From: an uncultured Candidatus Saccharibacteria bacterium
GTDB taxonomy: Bacteria > Patescibacteriota > Dojkabacteria > SC72
Assembly (NCBI GenBank): GCA_964556955.1
Contig: CAZKXP010000002.1
Span: 8,305 to 40,902, forward strand
Direction of reading: 5' to 3'
DNA: 32,598 nt
The translations under genes were made by a program, and so were the position numbers. The notes below the pieces were generated by a model. It did no database searches, was not told the origin of the DNA, and saw nothing but the letters and a program-made list of their open reading frames with translations. Of this stretch, positions 1 to 9,457 are shown in pieces (the stretch's first letter is position 1; each line of letters opens with the position of its first letter).

Positions 1-36
1 CCCTTTACAATTTTACAAAAAATACAGTCGTCCATA

Positions 37-243
37 TTACTCCTCTACTACAATAGCCATAGAAGGACAACTCATTGATGCTTGTTTTACCTTTTCTACT
101 AATGCAGGATCTGTAATTTCTACCCCCTGATATTCTGCTTTCACATCTACTGTACCATCATCTTTCATTTCGAATACTTCTGGACATATGGCTACACATG
201 TACCACAGGCACTACACTTTGTATGATCAATATGGACTTTCAT
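37..243 (-). CDS. small mono-cluster 4Fe-4S ferredoxin
   Basis: 68-aa ORF with ATG start. Cys motif CSACGTCVAICP plus distal SCP is typical of short single-cluster ferredoxins. Confidence 0.8.
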   Translation of the reverse strand: MKVHIDHTKCSACGTCVAICPEVFEMKDDGTVDVKAEYQGVEITDPALVEKVKQASMSCPSMAIVVEE

Positions 244-310
244 ATATATATTAATGAGATATTAGATAGATATATTGTGGCAGATAGCCATACAAATATC
301 AAACTTGCAC

Positions 311-2122
311 TTAAAGATATCCTTCCGCTTGCTTCTTGAAAGCCTCTGCATACTTACCATTCATCTCTAACAACTCTTTATGTGATCCCTGTTCTACAAT
401 TCTTCCCTGATCCAAAACCAAAATTCTATCTGCATTACGTACAGTAGAAAATCTATGGGAAATGATAATAACTGTTTTGTTATCAAAAAATTTGTATATT
501 TTATTAAAAATCTTGTACTCAGACTCTGCATCAATAGCAGATGTTGGCTCATCGAATATTGCCACAGGTGCATCTCTATAGAAGAATCTTGCTATGGCTA
601 TCTTCTGTTTCTGTCCCTTACTTGGTTGAATACCTCCCTTAAATCTTTCGCTCATGACAGTATTGTATTTCTCAGGATATTTTTCGATGAAGGCATCGGC
701 ATCGGCACCATCTGCAGCTTCTTTCACTTTTTGCATATCCATAGGCTTAATAGACTTTCCTATATAAATATTATCTTTTGCATCCAATTCCCCATAGAAG
801 TTAAAATCTTGGAATAGAACACCCAAATTCTTATACCAATCATCAATTTTAATTTCTTTTAGATCTTTATCATTAATCAAAATCTCTCCTTCTTGAGGGT
901 CGTAAATACGGGCAAGTAATTTAACAAGCGTAGATTTCCCCGCACCATTCTCACCAACAATAGCAACCTTTTCTCCACTTTTTATACTCAATGAGAAGTC
1001 TTTCAGAATTTGAATATCATTGTTGGGATAGTGAAAAGAAATATTCTTTAACTCTATGTTTGCGGGAGTATCTAACCTTGGAAGTTTATACTCACCATCA
1101 CTAATTACTGGTTCAAATTGGAAGAAAGCATAGACATCTTTTGCCTTTAAGACAAAATCTCTATATGCAACAAACTCTGCGAAGAAGGTTTCAACAGCTC
1201 CATAGAAACTGCTTACAACACCCATATAGAAAGTTGTATTTCCTAATGTAATTGTCCTGGCCAAAAATAGTTGAAAAACTTGGATATACCCGACAAATAT
1301 CACCACATTGCTTAGTATAGAGACTAAAAAGCCACTTACCGAATCCTGCTTAGCTATCTTAATTAACCCCGAATTGTAATAGTTAAAGAAATCTGTGAAT
1401 TTTTTATCTAAAAATTTGTACGCCCCCGTGATCGAAATTTCACCAACAGTCTTGGGATCAGAAAGTTCACCCGCCATCCAGTTAGCTCTTCTTCTCCTCG
1501 TTAAATGCTCATCATTAGTATTCCAATCAAATTCTTTTTTAAAGAAATGTCTTCTTTGAAGATAGAAGACTACTGATGTAGCTAGAATTAACGGGATTAC
1601 CAAAGGCACGACTTTTATGATAATTACACCAGTAACAAATATTTTAACAAAGGCCGCAATGATCCTTACAACACTATTTCCTACATCTGTGACGATACCA
1701 AGCCAGTCATTGACCTTTTGTAATGCGTTAGCAACATGAGGATATTCTAGGGTCTGAACTCTTAAGTAGTTTATCTTCTCGTATTCCATCTTATTGAGGT
1801 AAGAGTTCGACAATCTTCTCATCGTACGAGCTGCATACCCACGTAATTCTCCAACACCTGAGAAAAAGATATCTACTGCTAACAAAATCAAAAGAAATGG
1901 TATTAAATCAGCGACTTTAGCTCCATCGTTAGAAAGCATCCCCAAAAGGATATCAATTAGCTTTGCCACAACATATGTATCAACCAAACCTCTTAAACTA
2001 CGCAGAATTTCACACAACAGTGAGAAGATCGTTGCACTTTTGGAAATATTCCAGCTAATTTTTATAGCCCAAAAAGAAATTTTTAGATACTCACCGAAAG
2101 TAATATCGCTCTTTTTCTTCAT
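311..2122 (-). CDS. ABC exporter, fused permease/ATPase (type I exporter, MsbA-like architecture)
   Basis: The ORF-track start at 2149 is a TTG; the first ATG (MKKKSD...) is at 2122. Hydrophobic N-terminal half plus C-terminal NBD with Walker A GENGAGKST, signature-like SKGQKQK, Walker B AIFDEPTSAID and H-loop ISHR. Confidence 0.88.
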   Translation of the reverse strand: MKKKSDITFGEYLKISFWAIKISWNISKSATIFSLLCEILRSLRGLVDTYVVAKLIDILLGMLSNDGAKVADLIPFLLILLAVDIFFSGVGELRGYAARTMRRLSNSYLNKMEYEKINYLRVQTLEYPHVANALQKVNDWLGIVTDVGNSVVRIIAAFVKIFVTGVIIIKVVPLVIPLILATSVVFYLQRRHFFKKEFDWNTNDEHLTRRRRANWMAGELSDPKTVGEISITGAYKFLDKKFTDFFNYYNSGLIKIAKQDSVSGFLVSILSNVVIFVGYIQVFQLFLARTITLGNTTFYMGVVSSFYGAVETFFAEFVAYRDFVLKAKDVYAFFQFEPVISDGEYKLPRLDTPANIELKNISFHYPNNDIQILKDFSLSIKSGEKVAIVGENGAGKSTLVKLLARIYDPQEGEILINDKDLKEIKIDDWYKNLGVLFQDFNFYGELDAKDNIYIGKSIKPMDMQKVKEAADGADADAFIEKYPEKYNTVMSERFKGGIQPSKGQKQKIAIARFFYRDAPVAIFDEPTSAIDAESEYKIFNKIYKFFDNKTVIIISHRFSTVRNADRILVLDQGRIVEQGSHKELLEMNGKYAEAFKKQAEGYL

Positions 2123-2181
2123 ATTAAAAAGGTTAATATTATAAGGCAAATACTACCATCCCCTGCTACTTTGAGTCAATA

Positions 2182-2211
2182 TTGTGAACATATTATCATC
2201 TATGCTATAAT
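2182..2211 (+). promoter_or_regulatory. candidate sigma70-type promoter for prs (TTGTGA - 18 nt - TGcTATAAT)
   Basis: Extended -10 TGCTATAAT at 2203..2211 and a -35-like TTGTGA at 2182..2187, read by eye about 100 nt upstream of the prs ATG. Confidence 0.35.
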
Positions 2212-2312
2212 ATAGCAGTAAAGAAATACATTCACCATTCTTCCTCCCATATATTTTACATACCCTCCGTTGTAGTAGTACACTATATAGTACTAACTTA
2301 ATACTCCACCCT

Positions 2313-3329
2313 ATGTCTCCAACCTCAAAAGCCCCCTTATCAATACTTGCTTGTCATTCAGGATTAAATTTTGCAAAGAAGATAGTCAAATCCCTTAGAA
2401 AAAAATACGGAGATGAAGTACACCTAATAGATTCAGAGGAGATGCATTTTGCTAGTACAGAATTAAAAACTGTAATCAATGAAAGTATTCGAGGCAAAGA
2501 CGTATTCATTGTACAAGATTGTGAGAATCACACAGAAGGAAAATGTACAGATCAAAATCTTAGAGCCCTCTATACCATGGTAGATGCATGTAGAAGATGT
2601 GATGCTGAGAGAATAACTACAGTATTACCATCTTTCCCATATGCTAGACAAGACAAACAATCAGGAAGAGAAGGCATTACTGCTGCAAGAATAGCATATG
2701 AATTAGAAGGTGATGGATCTGTGGATCACTTAGTTACAATAGATTTACACAACTCTGCCATACAAGGATTTTTTAGAAGAGCAAAGATTGATAATCTAAT
2801 GGGCGGATATGTACTGGTGCCAACTTTAAGAAGGATGATTAAAGACAAAGAGAAAACAGTGGTGATGCCAACAGATCTTGGGGGTGCAAAACGTGCAAAT
2901 CACTATGCTCAATCACTTAGGACAGATATTGCGTTTACATACAAGGTTAGAAATTACTGCAAAGCAAATACTATAGACAAGATATCAATATTGGGAGATG
3001 TAAAAGGCAAGGATGTATATATTGTTGACGATATGATCTGTACGGGAGGTACATTGGTCAAGGCTTTGGAAGAGACAAAGAATATGGGCGCTAAGAAAGT
3101 TATAGCTGTTTGTACACATGCGCTTTTTAATGGTCCCGCATGGGAGAGGTTCCAAGAAGCATATGAGAAAGGATTCTTAGATATGGTTATTGGTACAGAC
3201 AGTACATATCATTCAAAAGAGTTTTTAAAGAAATCACCTTGGTTTAAGGAGGTATCTATTGCAAACTATTTTGCAGATACGATTAGTAGGATTAACCAAA
3301 GGAAATCCATAACTGACTTATTGGATTAG
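2313..3329 (+). CDS. prs: ribose-phosphate pyrophosphokinase (PRPP synthetase)
   Basis: 338 aa. Contains the PYARQDK motif, DLH, and the PRPP-binding loop VDDMICTGGT. Confidence 0.9.
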   Translation: MSPTSKAPLSILACHSGLNFAKKIVKSLRKKYGDEVHLIDSEEMHFASTELKTVINESIRGKDVFIVQDCENHTEGKCTDQNLRALYTMVDACRRCDAERITTVLPSFPYARQDKQSGREGITAARIAYELEGDGSVDHLVTIDLHNSAIQGFFRRAKIDNLMGGYVLVPTLRRMIKDKEKTVVMPTDLGGAKRANHYAQSLRTDIAFTYKVRNYCKANTIDKISILGDVKGKDVYIVDDMICTGGTLVKALEETKNMGAKKVIAVCTHALFNGPAWERFQEAYEKGFLDMVIGTDSTYHSKEFLKKSPWFKEVSIANYFADTISRINQRKSITDLLD

Positions 3330-4087
3330 TATGTGAGCTTAGGGTTGTAGAACTGATCATTCATATAGCTAACCCCATCTATTGTAGAAGAGAATCTTTT
3401 TACATATTTCTCTCCATCTTCAAACACTATTTCTAAATCAAAGTAAAATGAGAGATTCAAATCACTTCCTGTTATCCCCGCATACTCAAGTATTTTTCCT
3501 CCATCCCAGAAATTATCCCTATTGTATATTTCTGTATAGTTGTATTCTCCTAGGTTTTTTACAAATATGAACCACTGTGGGATACCACTAGTTCTATATA
3601 CTTCATCATAGTATTGAGCTGTATCAACAACATTAAACTCCAACGTATTACCCTGATCTTCGATATCAGATGCTTTTATCTCTTCTCGGGTACCATACAA
3701 AAAATCATATTCGGTCAAATTATTTGCTATATGACCAGGAGTAAAGATAGCGACATCATAGCTGTTGACTGTTTCTACATGTATATTTTTAATCTTTACA
3801 CTCTTCATCTCTTCAGTAGTATAGAAGCTGAGTACGGGCCATATCCTTAGGTGTACTAGGTCTCTAATCGCATGTACTTCTTCTGTTGAGAAATCAAAGA
3901 GGTATACATCATTTTGCAATATGGTTACCCTACTCTCGATTGCAGGATCATTGGCTTTTGGAGCTACTGTATCTGCACTTGTTGAAGGTTTCTTAATTAC
4001 GAGGAAATATATCAAAACTACTACTATCACTAAGAAGGCTGCGATTATTCCTACAAGGAGAAATAGTTTTTGGTTTTTCTTTTCCAT
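3326..4087 (-). CDS. hypothetical membrane-anchored extracytoplasmic protein
   Basis: The ORF-track N-terminus (to 4153) runs into the tRNA-Pro gene. The internal ATG at 4087 (MEKKNQKLF...) is followed by one TM helix (LLVGIIAAFLVIVVVLIYFLV). I recognise no family. Confidence 0.5.
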   Translation of the reverse strand: MEKKNQKLFLLVGIIAAFLVIVVVLIYFLVIKKPSTSADTVAPKANDPAIESRVTILQNDVYLFDFSTEEVHAIRDLVHLRIWPVLSFYTTEEMKSVKIKNIHVETVNSYDVAIFTPGHIANNLTEYDFLYGTREEIKASDIEDQGNTLEFNVVDTAQYYDEVYRTSGIPQWFIFVKNLGEYNYTEIYNRDNFWDGGKILEYAGITGSDLNLSFYFDLEIVFEDGEKYVKRFSSTIDGVSYMNDQFYNPKLTY

Positions 4088-4108
4088 ATATATATGTATG
4101 AAATTATA

Positions 4109-4185
4109 TGGTCGGGGCGACACGACTTGAACGTGCGACCTCTTGCACCCCATGCAAGCGCTCTAGCCAACTGAACTACGCCCCG
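4109..4185 (-). tRNA. tRNA-Pro (anticodon GGG)
   Basis: Reverse complement folds as a cloverleaf: CGGGGCG-TA-GTTC-AGTTGGCTA-GAGC-G-CTTGC-ATGGGGT-GCAAG-AGGTC-GCACG-TTCAAGT-CGTGT-CGCCCCG-A-CCA. The anticodon loop AUGGGGU matches bacterial tRNA-Pro(GGG), and CCA is encoded. Confidence 0.9.
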
Positions 4186-4202
4186 TTATTGAGGATATTT
4201 TA

Positions 4203-4784
4203 CTACAAACCTAATTCTGATGCATTAGCCTTCATGGTATCCAACGCTATCTTGATGAACTCTTCTAGAGATATGCCAACCTTCTCTATATCTTGTATTA
4301 GATCTCTTCTAACAGCTTTTGCAAAATCTTTTTTCTTTAATTTCTTAGTAACACTATCCACCTCTACACTAGCAATCTTTTTATCTGGTTGTACCAAAGC
4401 ACATGCAACTAAAAATCCAGAGAGATTTTCCGATGCCGAAAGTGCATAATCTAAATTATTTTCTCGCTTTTCCTTAATCTCAGGATGCTCTTCATAGTGA
4501 GCCAGGATAGCATGGTATACATCATCATCTATATCTATACCAACCTTCAATCCTTCTTTCTCAAGTATTTCATCAAATTTAATAACATGCCATTGAGGAT
4601 CTTTATTTACATAGTCAAAATCTAGATCATGAAGTAAACCTACTAGTCCCCATTTCTCTTGATCTTCTCCTAGCCTTCTAGCAACAGCCTGCATTATTAA
4701 ATCACTCTCTCGCATATGCATCTTTAACCATGGGGTGGTGATATATTTTTCTAAAAGTTCATTACATTTTTCTCTAGTTATCAT
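4203..4784 (-). CDS. HD-domain metal-dependent phosphohydrolase
   Basis: 193 aa. Has the LLHDLDFD (HD) motif and further His residues (HAILAHYEEH), with the size typical of stand-alone HD hydrolases. Confidence 0.7.
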   Translation of the reverse strand: MITREKCNELLEKYITTPWLKMHMRESDLIMQAVARRLGEDQEKWGLVGLLHDLDFDYVNKDPQWHVIKFDEILEKEGLKVGIDIDDDVYHAILAHYEEHPEIKEKRENNLDYALSASENLSGFLVACALVQPDKKIASVEVDSVTKKLKKKDFAKAVRRDLIQDIEKVGISLEEFIKIALDTMKANASELGL

Positions 4785-5187
4785 TTTCTGCTATTTCAAT
4801 TAATTTAGCTCTTAATTTTGCTTCGTTTACGAAGAATACCCCTTTCATCCCAAACTTATTGGCTTGCCTAACATTATCTCTACTATCATCAATATATACA
4901 ATATCTTGGGGATCGGTATGTATTATTTTTAGAAGATTTTCAAAGGAATCATCCGAAGGCTTACTGAGGCCTGTATCTTCTACAAGAACTATATTTTTGA
5001 AATATTTTAGAAAACCAAATTTTGAATCTAAGAAATATATCACTTCTTTTGATGTATTTGAAAATAGATGCATTGTGATATCCAAATTGTTTAGCTCTTT
5101 TAACAGCCCTAACATATCCGAATCCATTTGATGTTTTTTTGTGTTTAAGAGAACTCCATTAAAATCAAATACTAGTGCACGAATCAT
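4774..5187 (-). CDS. small cap-less HAD-superfamily hydrolase
   Basis: 137 aa. Motif I is VFDFNGVL (the D+2 position is Asn), motif II FSNTS, motif III Lys in LSKPS, motif IV YIDDSRDN. Overlaps the HD gene start by 11 nt. Confidence 0.65.
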   Translation of the reverse strand: MIRALVFDFNGVLLNTKKHQMDSDMLGLLKELNNLDITMHLFSNTSKEVIYFLDSKFGFLKYFKNIVLVEDTGLSKPSDDSFENLLKIIHTDPQDIVYIDDSRDNVRQANKFGMKGVFFVNEAKLRAKLIEIAENDN

Positions 5188-5274
5188 ATTCTAGAAGTGT
5201 GTATAGTAATTTAAAAATTTGTTAAAAACCCATATAGTTGTTAATACAGTACGGGTCCACGCAGAAGCGAAGCG

Positions 5275-6279
5275 TCATAATTCAATTTCTAAAATCACCT
5301 GGTTTGGGCTTGTTCCTGCACTCAGTTTGTATTCTTGAGCAGACGAGAATCCGCTAATAGTATATATAGTTGCATCCCCCGGTTTTTCCGTTTGCATAGC
5401 TAAATTACCAGGTAGAGATATCCCATCTACAGCTAGATATACTTTGTCAGTTTTAAGGCTGGTAAACCTTACAACCAAATGATTCTCTGAGTCGTACTCT
5501 GCATTTACACTAGGGATAGGGTTTGCGTCTGTACTGCTCACATTCCATACAAATTTAAGTACTCCCCCGCTTATACCATATGTATATGAGCTAATTGTCG
5601 CGCCTTTGGAAGCATCAACTCCAGTAATTGATTGGGCTTGTGTACTAAACTCTGTGCTCCCTGCATCAGTATCCGAATCTGAAGTCTCGCCTGGATATTG
5701 TACATAGATAGTTATGATCCAAGAATTATCATCTTCTTCTGAAACAAGTTTGAATGGAGTCTGCTTACTTACTCCGATATCATACAGTTCTTCTGTCTGA
5801 TCAGAGGAGACATTATGGTAGAGACGTGTGATTCCATCCTTATTTATACTCACCTCTTTTTGATATCCTAAGCCACTGTTGTCGTCTTCTATCTGGTTAA
5901 AATCTACCCTTATCACCCCAAGGTTACTCTTGTAAGAAGCATTAACATATGGGGCTTCTTCCGAGGTTGAAGAGAGAACAAATACAAATGCGTGGTAACC
6001 TGTGTGAGAGGCATTGCTAATTTCATCAATGGTAAACTTGGCAGAGGACTCCTCTCCTACAGTTTGATCATCTTCTGAGAAACCAGAGATTGTGTCTACT
6101 TCATTAACCTCTTCTTCCTCCTCTTCAGATGTCTCCTCCTCTGCTTCTTGTGATGTTTGCGTATCTGGATCTTGATCTTGGGGAGTATCAACTGCTTTCT
6201 GTTTAAAGAATATTAAGTAGATACTAAGTCCAACAATGAGAGGTAATATTAAATACCATATAATTTTTTTAATAATCAT
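5275..6279 (-). CDS. hypothetical secreted/membrane-anchored protein with acidic low-complexity linker
   Basis: 334 aa. N-terminal TM/signal anchor (IIWYLILPLIVGLSIYLIFF), an E/D/T/Q-rich tract, then a beta-rich C-terminal region. No family recognised. Confidence 0.5.
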   Translation of the reverse strand: MIIKKIIWYLILPLIVGLSIYLIFFKQKAVDTPQDQDPDTQTSQEAEEETSEEEEEEVNEVDTISGFSEDDQTVGEESSAKFTIDEISNASHTGYHAFVFVLSSTSEEAPYVNASYKSNLGVIRVDFNQIEDDNSGLGYQKEVSINKDGITRLYHNVSSDQTEELYDIGVSKQTPFKLVSEEDDNSWIITIYVQYPGETSDSDTDAGSTEFSTQAQSITGVDASKGATISSYTYGISGGVLKFVWNVSSTDANPIPSVNAEYDSENHLVVRFTSLKTDKVYLAVDGISLPGNLAMQTEKPGDATIYTISGFSSAQEYKLSAGTSPNQVILEIEL

Positions 6280-6356
6280 GGTATTGCCCTAAAATATTAT
6301 TTATTAATATTACCACAATATGTTAAGATATTGGATATATATCGATATATACTGCC

Positions 6357-7649
6357 ATGGTTAAAGAAATAAATATGACGGATACCGGGAAGACAGAGAT
6401 TAAAGAAACTACTCCCGTAATAATACCTGAAATACCTGTTTCCAAAGAGAAAGAAGATATCCTCGAAAAACCCCGCGTTGAGGTTGCAAAGATGCGTATA
6501 TCATTTAAGAATTTCATATTTCCAATAGTAGCTTTCCTTACACTCGCGGGTATTGCTGCCTTTTACTACTTTGGTATATATCGCGTTAGACCACAGCCTT
6601 TAGAAAGTATATTTTCATTTAATGCTGACTATATATCTTCAAATGCTTCTAGTAAGTCATTCAAGAGCCCTTTGGGATTACTTTCTGAGCCATCAGAACC
6701 TCGTACAGAGGAAAGCCCGGTGAATGGATTACTCTTTACTAAATCCGAAATGGATGTAATGAAGGGTAGAAGACCCGTCGCAGTTATGACAAATAATCAC
6801 AGCGATGCACGACCATTATCAAGTCCCAATAGTGCAGATGTTGTAATAGAGGCGAATGCAGAAGCTGGGATTACAAGATTATTGGCAATATATTGGAGCC
6901 AAGCTCCAGAAAAGGTCGGCCCTATTAGGAGTATTAGGAATTACTATCTTGAATGGGCATTGGAATATGACCCAATAATTATTAGAGATGGATGTGCGTC
7001 TTCTGATGACCCGAGAATTAATGCATGTGGGAATGTATACAGCTTCGGTGCGAAGGATATATCTACAATAGGGGCATGGAGATGGAATGATGGTCGTAGA
7101 GTAGCACCACACAATGAATATAGCTCCATAACTTATGCCTGGGAATATGCCGCGAAAATGGATTGGGATAGCTTCCCCTCAAATTTTGAAAGCTGGGAAT
7201 TCAAAGCAGATGCAGATATATCAAATCGAGGAGAGAAGACAAAGGTAGAGCTTACATTTCATGAGAGATTAATTAACAGTGGATTGTACAATGTGATATG
7301 GACATACGATCCAGATACCAACTCATATCTAAGAATGGTTGGTGGGCAAGCAGATATTGATCAGGAAACCAATACTCAAGTTAATACAAAAAATATCATA
7401 GTCCAAGAAGTCTCAATGGTTCAGTCGGGAGATGATAAAGGACACCTAATTATTACCACTATCGGACAGGGAGATGCGACATTTATGCTAGATGGCAAAA
7501 TCACATATGGGAGTTGGAAAAAGACTTCTAGAACGGACAGAACTACATACTATGATAGTGAGGGAAATGAGATGACTTTCAATAGAGGAAGAATATGGGT
7601 CGAAATGTTAGGTACATCTGATGGGAAATTTGATATAATTGAGCAATAA
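6357..7649 (+). CDS. DUF3048 (YerB-like) extracytoplasmic protein
   Basis: 430 aa. N-terminal TM anchor, then RPVAVMTNNHSDARPLSSPNSADVVIEANAEAGITRLLAIYWS, which resembles the DUF3048 core from memory. A Pfam search is needed. Confidence 0.65.
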   Translation: MVKEINMTDTGKTEIKETTPVIIPEIPVSKEKEDILEKPRVEVAKMRISFKNFIFPIVAFLTLAGIAAFYYFGIYRVRPQPLESIFSFNADYISSNASSKSFKSPLGLLSEPSEPRTEESPVNGLLFTKSEMDVMKGRRPVAVMTNNHSDARPLSSPNSADVVIEANAEAGITRLLAIYWSQAPEKVGPIRSIRNYYLEWALEYDPIIIRDGCASSDDPRINACGNVYSFGAKDISTIGAWRWNDGRRVAPHNEYSSITYAWEYAAKMDWDSFPSNFESWEFKADADISNRGEKTKVELTFHERLINSGLYNVIWTYDPDTNSYLRMVGGQADIDQETNTQVNTKNIIVQEVSMVQSGDDKGHLIITTIGQGDATFMLDGKITYGSWKKTSRTDRTTYYDSEGNEMTFNRGRIWVEMLGTSDGKFDIIEQ

Positions 7650-7670
7650 TATTAAGCAGGTTGGGGAACT

Positions 7671-8243
7671 ATGCTAAAGAAACTTTTTATATCAAAAGTA
7701 AGGATTAGAATCCTAGAGCAGTATATGCTCGATATGAATGCAGCTTTCCATGTTAGGGGTTTAGTCAGAATGCTTGAAGAAGAGATTAATGCGGTGAGAA
7801 GAGAGTTATTGAACCTTCAAGATACAGGCCTTCTCTATTCTAAAAAAGATGGGAACAAATTGGTCTACAGATTAAACAAAAAATGTTCTATCCTTCCAGA
7901 ATTACGAAGTATGTTTTACAAGGAATCAAATCTTGGCAAAGCCATACTCAAGGTTATTGAAGGCATCGAAGGAGTACAGTTAGCAGTACTAACTGAGAGC
8001 TTCATCAAAAACAGGTATGATAATCAGACAGATGTAGATTTTCTCTTCATTGGTAATATGAAGATCAAAGAACTTTCCACCGCTATTAGCGAATTAGAAA
8101 AAGATCAGAATCGAGAAATTAGATTTAGCGCAATAACAAAAGAGGATTTTGACTTTGCGAGAAAAAAGAAAGAACCCTTCTTGATGAATATCTTAGAAAA
8201 AGATAAGATGATCATATTTGGACAGATATCTGACCTGCTTTAA
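7671..8243 (+). CDS. winged-helix (ArsR-like) transcriptional regulator with C-terminal nucleotidyltransferase-like region
   Basis: 190 aa. The N-terminal segment RIRILEQYML...VRGLVRMLEEEINAVRRELLNLQDTGLL...KLVYRLN has a wHTH pattern. Confidence 0.5.
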   Translation: MLKKLFISKVRIRILEQYMLDMNAAFHVRGLVRMLEEEINAVRRELLNLQDTGLLYSKKDGNKLVYRLNKKCSILPELRSMFYKESNLGKAILKVIEGIEGVQLAVLTESFIKNRYDNQTDVDFLFIGNMKIKELSTAISELEKDQNREIRFSAITKEDFDFARKKKEPFLMNILEKDKMIIFGQISDLL

Positions 8244-8246
8244 TAC

Positions 8247-9455
8247 ATGAAATTGCCAAGATTGAAGCTGCGCTTAAATATCAATTTAAAGCCAGTATTA
8301 AACTACATATTAATAATAATAGTTACATCGATATTCATAGCATCAATATTTGTCGCACTCCCTCTTACAGAGAAATATATATCAAAAACCAACTACAATC
8401 TTACACTTAAGGAATATTGGTCACAGGAATATGTCATAACTGCAACAGATACCTCCGTACAATCACTTGAAGAGATAAATAATATTTTCTACAAAAGACT
8501 CAAAGGATATGGCGTAGAACAGATATCTTCCAACATATCTGAGGATAAAATTAATATAAAGATAACCTCAACAAAGAATCAAGCATTGATTAGAGAACTC
8601 TTGGCAAACAGATTTGCATCTCAGATAGTTACGAGAAAGGCTGATGTTAATTTTGATGATAGTTCAGATCAATATGCATATATCTACGCTACCAACTACG
8701 ACTTAACAGAATGGGATAGAAGTGACTTTCGCAATGTATACATTACAAAGTTAAAAACAAACAGTGGGGAGCAATCATATTTTGCAATATTTAAACTTTG
8801 GCCGAACAAAGTTGAATCTTTCAATACATTTCTAAAGCAATATGAAGGACAATATATAGGAGTGAATCTCGATGGTTTTGTAACACCATATTTTGTTGAT
8901 ACAACTCAGCAAATATTTGCAATCCCGATATCTACAGAAGATAAGGAGCAAATAAAAGTTATGGATCTACTATATAACTCTGGATTAATAGCTACAGACT
9001 GCACGATAGATTCAGAGACAGAGGTGCCTGTTGAGCAACCAGCAGTTGACTACATTAGTATAGGGTTGGGGCTATTAGTAGGAATCGTCCTCTTCTATAC
9101 ATATCTCTTAATATCCAAGACCTCTCCTAATGATCGGATATTTAAATCATTGCTTGCAACTACCCTTACTATCTCATTCTACCTCACCTTTTTGAAGATA
9201 TTTAATGTTCCTGTAGATTTGAATCTACTGGCAGTCGAAGCGGTGTTGGCAATTGTCATGACATATACATTGAGTGAAAACAAAGACTCGCATTTCTATA
9301 TAGAACTTTTCCTTCTGATATTACTAGGATCAACGATATTCTTAGCCACAGGTACTTTAAGCCAATTAGCACAGGATACATTACTACTCGCAGCATTATC
9401 AAAAATCTGCTTGTTTGTATCTGGATGGTATATAAATAAAGTTAAAAAGATTTAA
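8247..9455 (+). CDS. polytopic membrane protein with large extracytoplasmic loop (possibly a divergent SecD-like protein)
   Basis: 402 aa. One N-terminal TM, a soluble loop of about 225 aa, then about 5 C-terminal TMs. Loop segments (YKRLKGYGVEQISS..KINIKI; GVNLDGFVTPYF...IPIS...LLYNSGLIA) are reminiscent of the SecD P1 domain, but I do not see the conserved SecD TM motifs. Confidence 0.4.
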   Translation: MKLPRLKLRLNINLKPVLNYILIIIVTSIFIASIFVALPLTEKYISKTNYNLTLKEYWSQEYVITATDTSVQSLEEINNIFYKRLKGYGVEQISSNISEDKINIKITSTKNQALIRELLANRFASQIVTRKADVNFDDSSDQYAYIYATNYDLTEWDRSDFRNVYITKLKTNSGEQSYFAIFKLWPNKVESFNTFLKQYEGQYIGVNLDGFVTPYFVDTTQQIFAIPISTEDKEQIKVMDLLYNSGLIATDCTIDSETEVPVEQPAVDYISIGLGLLVGIVLFYTYLLISKTSPNDRIFKSLLATTLTISFYLTFLKIFNVPVDLNLLAVEAVLAIVMTYTLSENKDSHFYIELFLLILLGSTIFLATGTLSQLAQDTLLLAALSKICLFVSGWYINKVKKI

Positions 9456-9457
9456 AA

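Noticed and set aside
4108-4449. 113-aa + strand ORF and the N-terminal extension of the 3326..4153 ORF
   Set aside because: Both overlap the tRNA-Pro gene, and the first is also antisense to the HD hydrolase. I used the internal ATG at 4087 for the real CDS.
6080-6190. GAA/GAG-rich repetitive DNA
   Set aside because: It is the coding low-complexity acidic linker (EEEEEV.../QEAEEETSEEE) of the 5275..6279 protein, not a non-coding repeat.
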